Shown here: piece by piece, positions 49,176 through 55,193 of the stretch
Layout: each line of letters opens with the position of its first letter
Numbering within the stretch: position 1 is the first letter of the stretch
Source: a virus
Strand: one strand, 5' to 3'
Virus record (IMG/VR): IMGVR_UViG_3300031454_000005
Location: 1-55,193 of that record
Length of the DNA stretch: 55,193 nt
Made by a program: the position numbers and the translations under genes
The notes under the pieces: generated by a model
Seen by the model: the letters and a program-made list of their open reading frames with translations, nothing else
Told to the model about the DNA's origin: nothing
Databases searched by the model: none

Positions 49176-49543
49176 TGGCGGGCGGCATCCGGATCCAGAC
49201 CACCTCCAACACCATCAGGGCGGCATGCGACGACTACGGCAATCGCATCCACGGCGCGCTTGGCGCGCTCTGCATGGAGGAGGCGCAGCGCGGTCAGGAC
49301 GACATGCGGACCGGTCGCCGCTGGACGGACCGGACCGGCCACGCCCGCGACAGCCTGACGGGCTCGTACGAGCGCGAGGGTGATACCCACGTCATTTCGC
49401 TTGCCACAGACAACACGGACTACGGCCTGATCCTGGAGCTGGCCCACGCCGGCCGGTTTCAAATAATCCGGCCGACTGCCGACCGGCTCGCGCCGATCGT
49501 GATTCAACGCGCGGCGTCCCTGATCGGAGGATCGGCTCGATGA
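49175..49543 (+). CDS. HK97 gp10-family neck/tail-completion protein
   Basis: RWTDRTGHARDSLTG ... YGLILELAH matches the gp10-family signature (w.drTGnLr.S). Confidence 0.6.
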   Translation: MAGGIRIQTTSNTIRAACDDYGNRIHGALGALCMEEAQRGQDDMRTGRRWTDRTGHARDSLTGSYEREGDTHVISLATDNTDYGLILELAHAGRFQIIRPTADRLAPIVIQRAASLIGGSAR

Positions 49544-50031
49544 TCCTCTTCCAGCAGGCGGTGATCGCCACCCTCCAGGCCGACACCGAGCTGATGAGCC
49601 TCGTTTCGAGTATCTGGAACCGGGAGCTGCGGCGGGACGGGGCGGGGAACACGGCGGCGGCGTGGGGACCGCTCGACCCCGCCGACCCGCTCAGCCCGGA
49701 GGTGCTACGGCCCACGCTGGTCGTCATGGACGCCGGGGAGTTCGGCACGGCGTTCCGGTTCGGCGCCGACGCGAAGGTCATGGTGTTTGCCTACGTCCCG
49801 GCCAGCGACGCCGGCCGGACGCTGATCGCCCGGATCGAGTCCCGTATCCGGGCGGTCCTCGCCGGCGCCCACATCGGCGTCGCGGCGGGTGCTGGCGAAA
49901 CTCGGTTCGGCGAGGTCCGGATCGAACCGCGCTCACCGCTGCTGGACGAGCCGGCCTACGGCGGGACGATGTTCACCAGCTGGCGGATGACCCTCAGAAC
50001 GGCCGCGCTATCGGGTGTGGCCGAGTGGTAA
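49540..50031 (+). CDS. Tail terminator-like protein (DUF3168-like)
   Basis: The N-terminal LFQQAVIATLQADTELMSLV pattern, and the position before the major tail gene. Confidence 0.5.
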   Translation: MILFQQAVIATLQADTELMSLVSSIWNRELRRDGAGNTAAAWGPLDPADPLSPEVLRPTLVVMDAGEFGTAFRFGADAKVMVFAYVPASDAGRTLIARIESRIRAVLAGAHIGVAAGAGETRFGEVRIEPRSPLLDEPAYGGTMFTSWRMTLRTAALSGVAEW

Positions 50032-50063
50032 CCGGGGCGACGAGCCCCACAGGGAGAACCGAC

Positions 50064-50276
50064 ATGGCAGATCGCAAGAAGCTCACGGACAAGCAGGCCA
50101 CCGACACCATCGCGGCGTATCAGCGCGGCGAGGCGCTCCCGGAGGGGACGATCATCGACTTCACCGAGCCGCCCTACGTCTTCCATTCCGGGAACGTCAA
50201 GACGGTTCCGGTGACGATCGAGACCACGATCGATGACGCGTCGCCACCGGTCGTCGCCGTCAAGGACCGGAAGTAG
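50064..50276 (+). CDS. Hypothetical 70-aa protein
   Basis: GGGAGAACCGAC RBS. In frame with track ORF 49662..50276. Confidence 0.45.
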   Translation: MADRKKLTDKQATDTIAAYQRGEALPEGTIIDFTEPPYVFHSGNVKTVPVTIETTIDDASPPVVAVKDRK

Positions 50277-50278
50277 TC

Positions 50279-50830
50279 GTGCGCCGGGTCGCCTGGATCG
50301 GCAGCCGAATCAGCGATTACCTCGACCAGCCGGACCCGGCCGACCGCTGGGGCCGGACCCGGCGCACCCTGCTCTATGCCGACGCTTACTCGCGCACGGC
50401 CGCCCAGCGGGTGCGGCGGGAGGCGCTGTTCGCCCAGCACTTCCGGCCGATCTGGGGGGTGACGGTCCGCGAGTTCGGCCCGGACGACCTGCCGGGCCTG
50501 CGGAGCCGCTACCGGTGGGGAGTTCGGGGGACGGGAGCGGACGGTGACGCCTACGGGCCGGAGCCGTTCGTCACCGAGATGGACGAACAGGACGCGACCG
50601 CGCTGATGCTCTCCCGATTCGGGCACGAGTTCGCCTACGCCGACGCCGACCCGATGACGACGGGGCAGGAACCCCGCCAAGACCAGCCCGGAGACCCTGT
50701 GAACCAGGGCCGGGGACCGGCGGCGACCGGGCTGGTCCTGGCGCGGCTGTTGTCCCCGACCGCAGCGATGGCCCACTCGGGCCGAACGCTGACGCCGGCG
50801 GAGATGCAGCGCGTGACCCGTCCCCGGTAA
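50279..50830 (+). CDS. Hypothetical protein
   Basis: GTG start 2 nt after the upstream stop; 183 aa. No motif recognised. Confidence 0.4.
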   Translation: MRRVAWIGSRISDYLDQPDPADRWGRTRRTLLYADAYSRTAAQRVRREALFAQHFRPIWGVTVREFGPDDLPGLRSRYRWGVRGTGADGDAYGPEPFVTEMDEQDATALMLSRFGHEFAYADADPMTTGQEPRQDQPGDPVNQGRGPAATGLVLARLLSPTAAMAHSGRTLTPAEMQRVTRPR

Positions 50831-50916
50831 GCGTCTCGAGCGGGACGACCCGGGCGGCCCGGGGGTCGCGAACACCACCACAGGCCCCCTGATTCGGGGG
50901 CGGGAGGACAGCGGAC

Positions 50917-51474
50917 ATGGCAGGACGGATTGGACTCGGGGCCAGGGACATGGCCATCGGCGTCAAGGACCCCACGGCGGGAACCTTCGGCGCAATGATC
51001 GACGCGCCGGGACTCGCGGGCTTCTCGATCGACTATGAGGGCGACGTCGAGGAGCTCTGGGGCGACGGCATCCTCCAGGCATCGGTCGCCAAGAGCGTCG
51101 GTGCGTCGGGCTCGTTCGAGCTCGTCGTCCAGGACCTTGCGGTCAAGGCGGCCCTCACCGGCGGCACGGTCGTCGTCGCGGGGACCGGCGCGACCGCCGT
51201 GACGACCCTCTGGGTTCCGTCGACGCCGAAAATGCCGCTGGCCCAACTCGTCGGCATGGCGCGCGGCGTCGGCACGGACGGCGGAACGCTGCTCGGCCGC
51301 GTCTACCAGGGGCGCGTCACCAGCGGTGGCGGCTTTGAGCTGACCGACGGCTACGCGACCAGTTCCTACGATTACACCGCCCTCGACATGGGCGGGGCCC
51401 TGTTCGCCATTGAGCAGCATGCGGCCAGCCTGACGGCAATCCCGTCCACCGCGGTGAGCACCCTGCCGGTCTAG
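50917..51474 (+). CDS. Major tail protein
   Basis: GGGAGGA RBS; 185 aa, beta-rich. Followed by a strong hairpin and then the chaperone pair and TMP. Confidence 0.65.
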   Translation: MAGRIGLGARDMAIGVKDPTAGTFGAMIDAPGLAGFSIDYEGDVEELWGDGILQASVAKSVGASGSFELVVQDLAVKAALTGGTVVVAGTGATAVTTLWVPSTPKMPLAQLVGMARGVGTDGGTLLGRVYQGRVTSGGGFELTDGYATSSYDYTALDMGGALFAIEQHAASLTAIPSTAVSTLPV

Positions 51475-51500
51475 CGATCGACTCACGGACTGACCTAATC

Positions 51501-51527
51501 GGGAGCGGCGGGGCCGACGCCGCTCCC
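51501..51527 (+). terminator. Hairpin (attenuator/terminator) after the major tail gene
   Basis: GGGAGCGGCG gggccga CGCCGCTCCC, a perfect 10-bp stem. Confidence 0.6.
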
Positions 51528-51583
51528 GCCTCCTCTCCATCCGGCCCAGTGGCGCCTGATTCGGCGTCAAGGAGCACCCGAGC

Positions 51584-52270
51584 ATGACCAGCGACGACAC
51601 CCACGACCGCTTCGATCCCATGACCGGCCAGCCGATTGACCGTCCCACCGATGCCACCCATCGGGTCGCGCCGACGGACATCGCCGCTCCCGGCCAGGTC
51701 CACGCCGACTACGACCGGCAGCGCACCGCCCCGGAGCCCCGCGACATCATCCTCGACCTGCCGCAGGCCCGTGCCATGACGGCCGCTCAGCGTGCGGCCG
51801 CGAAACGCCGGGCCCGCGAAGCGAGCATCATCACGATCGATCTTCCGGACCTTGGCACCGTCAAGGCGATGCCCAAGAGCTTCGACCGGGTGCTGATGGA
51901 CGCCAGTCTCACTGGACTCATCTCGACCGCGTCGCAGCGGTCATTCTATGAAGCATCCAAGGCCCTGGAAGGCATGGGTCCCGACGAGCAGATGCGCCTC
52001 GGTGAGGACGCCGATGAGGTCTTCGCCAAGCTCGGGATCGGCCAGAGCCAGGATTTTTACGGCGCCCTCTCCCAGACGTACCCGATCGCGTGCCTTGTCG
52101 ATCCGCGCTGTGTCGCCACCGAGGCGGATATCACCGACCCGGAACATGAGATCTGTCTGAACGATCTCACCCACGAGGACCGGGCTGCAATCTTCAACGC
52201 CTGTGGAAAGGAGCGAATGGAGCGAGCGGTCGCCCTGGCCCCGTTTCCTGACCCGTCGACACCTGTATAA
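51584..52270 (+). CDS. Tail assembly chaperone (gpG-like)
   Basis: AAGGAG RBS; 228 aa. Position is between the major tail protein and the TMP. An overlapping downstream ORF lies in another frame. Confidence 0.65.
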   Translation: MTSDDTHDRFDPMTGQPIDRPTDATHRVAPTDIAAPGQVHADYDRQRTAPEPRDIILDLPQARAMTAAQRAAAKRRAREASIITIDLPDLGTVKAMPKSFDRVLMDASLTGLISTASQRSFYEASKALEGMGPDEQMRLGEDADEVFAKLGIGQSQDFYGALSQTYPIACLVDPRCVATEADITDPEHEICLNDLTHEDRAAIFNACGKERMERAVALAPFPDPSTPV

Positions 52271-52598
52271 GCATCACCTGATGGGCGCGGCCTATGGGCA
52301 GCCACCATCGACCTGGGCGGACATCGGTGACCCTGATCTCGCCGATGAGTACGACGAAGCCGCCCATGATGTTGGCACCCAGATCGAGCGACTGCAGACG
52401 GCCACGAAGCTCGAACGGGCACCCAAGCCGGCGAAGAACGCGCCGCAGATGGTCCAGCGGCCGATGTACACGAATGAGCAGATCAACTGGGTGCTCGGCT
52501 TCGTCCTCGCGCACGAACCAGACGAGGACCAGATCGGCTCCGACGACCTCTATGACGCCCTGATGGCCGGGCTGGACGACCAGCCGCCACACGCTTGA
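51584..52598 (+). CDS. Tail assembly chaperone frameshift product (gpGT-like), shift near 52239-52250
   Basis: The downstream frame is open from 52161 to 52598 with no credible RBS or start. It is +1 (equivalently -2) relative to 51584..52270. Candidate slippery sites are GCC_CCG (C run 52239-52242) and UUU_C (52244-52247). Confidence 0.5.
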
Positions 52599-52718
52599 CC
52601 GACCTGACACCGTCAATTTCCCGGAGATTTGACACCGTCATCCGACCCGCTCCCCGGCCCAGGGACGCACGGACCGTGACCAAGACAACCGCCCGTGCTC
52701 CCCGGATCGGGAGCGACG

Positions 52719-55193
52719 ATGAGTGACGGAGCTTTAGGGGGCGCCAAAGCCACCATCAGCCTCGACGCCAAGGGGGCGATCGCTGCACTAAAAGAGTTCG
52801 GCAGCGCCGCCGACCAGACGATGCGGTCGGTCGGGCAATCGGGCACCCAGGCGGCCGGTGGCTTTGCATCGTTCGAGAAGACACTCAGCAGCAGTAACGT
52901 CCAGGCGGCTGGCGGTGCCCTGGCCGGGATCGGTGCCGCCGTCGGGCTGATCGGCGGCTTCGCGATCAACAGCGCCATGCAGTTCGATCAGGGCATGGCC
53001 AATGTCCGGGCGGCGACCGGCGCGACGGGGGTCGAGTTCGACAGCCTCCGCAACCTCGCGCTCCAGATCGGCAAGGACACCAGCTTCAGCGCGAACGAGG
53101 CCACCCTCGCGATCGAGGAGCTGGCCAAGGCGGGCACGTCCACGACGGACATCCTCGGCGGTGCGGCCGAGGCCACGACGGCCCTCGCGGCTGCTGGCGG
53201 CGTGGACCTCCCGACCGCCGCGACGGTGATGTCGGCCGCACTCAACCAGTTCGGGCTCGCGGCCGGGGATGCGTCCGGGTACGTCGACGACATGGGGCAG
53301 AGCGTCAACAACGCCGCCCACGTCGCGGACGTGATCTCGGCCGCCGCGACGGCCTCCGCCACCGGCGTGACCGAGATGGGATCGTCGCTGTCGTACGTCG
53401 GGACCAGCGCGGCCGCTCTCGGCGTCCCCCTCGAGGACACGGCGACCGCGATCGCCCTCATGGCCAACCAGGGCATCGTCGGCTCGTCCGCGGGCACATC
53501 CCTCAACCAGGTCCTGCTCTCGCTCGCGAACCCGACGGCCAAGGCGGCGGGGGTGATGGGTGAGCTTGGCCTGTCCTTCACTGACCTGAACGGCAACATG
53601 CTGCCGCTGCCGGACATCATCGGCTCCGTGGCCACGGCCACCGAGGGGATGGGCACGGCCCAGCGTGCCGCCACGCTCGAAACGCTGTTCGGGGTCGAGG
53701 GCGGCCGGGCGATGAATGCCCTGTTGCCGTCCATGTCCGCCGAAGTGCAGGGCACGGCTGACTCCTGGGACGGCATGAACGCGTCCGTGACGCAGGTCGG
53801 CGCCGCCCAGGAGCAGGCTCAGGCCCGTCTCAACAGCACGTCCGGCCGGCTGGAGGCGATGAAGGGGTCGCTGGAGACCGTCGGAATCGTCATCGGCTCA
53901 AAGCTGCTCCCCGCCTTCGACGCCATCATCCTCGGCGCGACGAGCCTCCTTAACACCTTCCTGAACCTGCCCTCCGGCATCCAGACCGTCATCGCCGCCG
54001 TGGTTGGGGTGGCGGGTGCGTTCGCCGGGATCGCGGGCGCCGCCATCCTGATTGGTCCGCGGCTGATCCAGGTGGCCCAGGGGTTCCGCGTCATCTCCAT
54101 CGCCATGCGGGCGATGGTCGTCGGCAACCCGATCCTGCTGGCGATCGCGGCGGCCATCGGTCTCGTGCTGCTTGCGGTCGCCGCCTACAAGACCAACTTC
54201 CTCGGTTTCGGCGACGCGGTCCGGGCAGTCGGGAGCAAGATCAAGGACCTGCTCGCCCCATTCGGCCGACTCATCAACCTGTTCCAGAACTTCCGCACCT
54301 TCGGCATGAATCCGGTGCAGGCGGCGCTCCAGGCGCTCAAGGTCGCTTTTCCCGCGCTCGGCGGAGTCATCACCTCGATCCAGAACAAGGTCTCCCAGGT
54401 CACGGACATGTTCCATAACCTGACCGCCTTCGGCATGGACCCCGTCAAGGCGGCGGTGACGGCGCTCTCCGCGGCGTTCCCGCGACTCGGAGAGACGTTC
54501 GCACTGGTCGGATCGTTCATCGGCAACCTGGTCAGCATGTTCCAGAACCTCTGGGATGGTATCCAGCGCCTCGTCAGCGGTGATTTCTCCGGGGCATTCG
54601 ACGCGTTCAAGGCCGCTGGTCTTGACGCAATCCAGGTGATCTGGGACGGCATCCGAGTCCTGCCGACGTTGCTGCTCAACCTCCTGACCGGCATGAATTG
54701 GTCGGATATCGGCTCTAAGATCACGGACACTATCCGATCGGCCTTCGATGGGCTGCGATCCGGTGCAGGTGACCTGTGGTCCTGGCTCACCGACGGGATT
54801 CGGTCGGCGCTCCAGTCCATTTCCAGCGGCATCTTCGACTGGCTCAACAACACGAGTGCATCCATCACCAGTGGGCTGAGCGCCGCCTGGGACGCCATCA
54901 CCTCGCTGACATGGGATGACTTCATCCCGGACGTCGCCTGGGATGTCTTCATCGGAGCCATCAATCTCGCCACCAAGGTCGGCGACTTCTTGTGGGACAC
55001 ATTTGTGACGGCAGTTGACCTTGCCGTCAAGGTCGGTGCGTTTGCCTGGAGCGCATTCGTCACCGCCGTCGATCTCGCCAAGCGCGTCGGCGCCTTCGCG
55101 TGGTCCACATTCGTAACTGCAGTGGACCTCGCCGCCAAGGTCGGCGCCTTCGCGTGGTCCACATTCGTAACTGCAGTGGACCTCGCCGCCAAG
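52719..55193 (+). CDS. Tail tape measure protein, N-terminal 825 aa (continues at nt 47 after the 46-nt overlap)
   Basis: ATG at 52719. AMQFDQGMANVRAATGATGVEFDSLRNLALQIGKDTSFSANEATLAIEELAKAG matches the TP901-type TMP core. There is no stop before the window end, which is why the ORF is absent from the track. The frame is continuous with 2..2359. Confidence 0.85.
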   Translation, partial: MSDGALGGAKATISLDAKGAIAALKEFGSAADQTMRSVGQSGTQAAGGFASFEKTLSSSNVQAAGGALAGIGAAVGLIGGFAINSAMQFDQGMANVRAATGATGVEFDSLRNLALQIGKDTSFSANEATLAIEELAKAGTSTTDILGGAAEATTALAAAGGVDLPTAATVMSAALNQFGLAAGDASGYVDDMGQSVNNAAHVADVISAAATASATGVTEMGSSLSYVGTSAAALGVPLEDTATAIALMANQGIVGSSAGTSLNQVLLSLANPTAKAAGVMGELGLSFTDLNGNMLPLPDIIGSVATATEGMGTAQRAATLETLFGVEGGRAMNALLPSMSAEVQGTADSWDGMNASVTQVGAAQEQAQARLNSTSGRLEAMKGSLETVGIVIGSKLLPAFDAIILGATSLLNTFLNLPSGIQTVIAAVVGVAGAFAGIAGAAILIGPRLIQVAQGFRVISIAMRAMVVGNPILLAIAAAIGLVLLAVAAYKTNFLGFGDAVRAVGSKIKDLLAPFGRLINLFQNFRTFGMNPVQAALQALKVAFPALGGVITSIQNKVSQVTDMFHNLTAFGMDPVKAAVTALSAAFPRLGETFALVGSFIGNLVSMFQNLWDGIQRLVSGDFSGAFDAFKAAGLDAIQVIWDGIRVLPTLLLNLLTGMNWSDIGSKITDTIRSAFDGLRSGAGDLWSWLTDGIRSALQSISSGIFDWLNNTSASITSGLSAAWDAITSLTWDDFIPDVAWDVFIGAINLATKVGDFLWDTFVTAVDLAVKVGAFAWSAFVTAVDLAKRVGAFAWSTFVTAVDLAAKVGAFAWSTFVTAVDLAAK
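54901..55193 (+). repeat. 54-nt tandem coding repeats of the TMP, including two identical terminal units
   Basis: 55094-55139 equals 55148-55193 equals 1-46. The unit encodes VGAFAWSTFVTAVDLAAK. Confidence 0.9.

Noticed and set aside
52988-55192. Minus-strand ORFs (262, 112, 172 and 335 aa) covering the window end
   Set aside because: They are antisense to the open-ended tape measure ORF (52719..55193). That ORF is missing from the track only because it has no stop codon inside the window.

Overview
The window is a closed, complete genome of about 55.1 kb from a temperate, siphovirus-type phage or prophage. The host looks like a high-G+C Gram-positive (actinobacterium-like) organism. Nt 1-46 are identical to nt 55148-55193, and this junction lies inside the tape measure gene (52719..55193 joined to 47..2359, about 1595 aa).

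Gene order on the + strand:
- Tape measure C-terminus, three minor tail/fibre genes and three small membrane or coiled-coil genes (0-10.2 kb).
- An island rich in homing endonucleases (10.6-12.5 kb). It holds two antisense HNH genes, an SNase-like gene and a duplicated 5' fragment of the endolysin peptidase gene.
- Lysis cassette: Cys-peptidase, amidase and holin (12.5-14.5 kb).

Next comes a lysogeny and accessory block, mostly on the - strand (14.5-21.0 kb):
- A self-contained two-gene cassette (unknown protein plus HTH protein).
- A 400-bp non-coding region with overlapping divergent promoters, next to a tyrosine integrase.
- A visibly lower-G+C cluster of accessory genes: unknown proteins, an LPXTG/Excalibur-like surface protein and a TM2 plus PH-like membrane protein.
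- A CI-like repressor.

The + strand then resumes:
- Cro-like gene, Xis-like gene and early genes (21.1-35.4 kb). These include two HNH-AP2 endonucleases, a RecT-like SSAP, an HNH-SF2 helicase fusion, a replisome-organizer-like gene with iteron-like repeats, a DNA methyltransferase, DUF4326 and VRR-NUC.
- TerS, TerL and portal.
- An unusual 4.1-kb insertion of fibre-like and tandem-repeat genes between the portal and the MuF-like head morphogenesis gene.
- A low-G+C two-gene accessory cassette with its own terminator.
- Scaffold, major capsid, connector genes, major tail protein and a frameshifted chaperone pair, then back into the tape measure gene.

I saw no rRNA, tRNA or CRISPR array.

Best candidates for something undescribed:
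- The antisense-embedded gene triad at 17.4-18.9 kb.
- The promoter/palindrome/structured spacer plus two-gene cassette at 14.6-15.9 kb.
- The portal-to-MuF insertion, with its 514-aa protein built from 24-aa repeats.
- The accessory cassette at 44.4-45.7 kb.

Every functional call rests on by-eye motif recognition and gene order. No database search was run.
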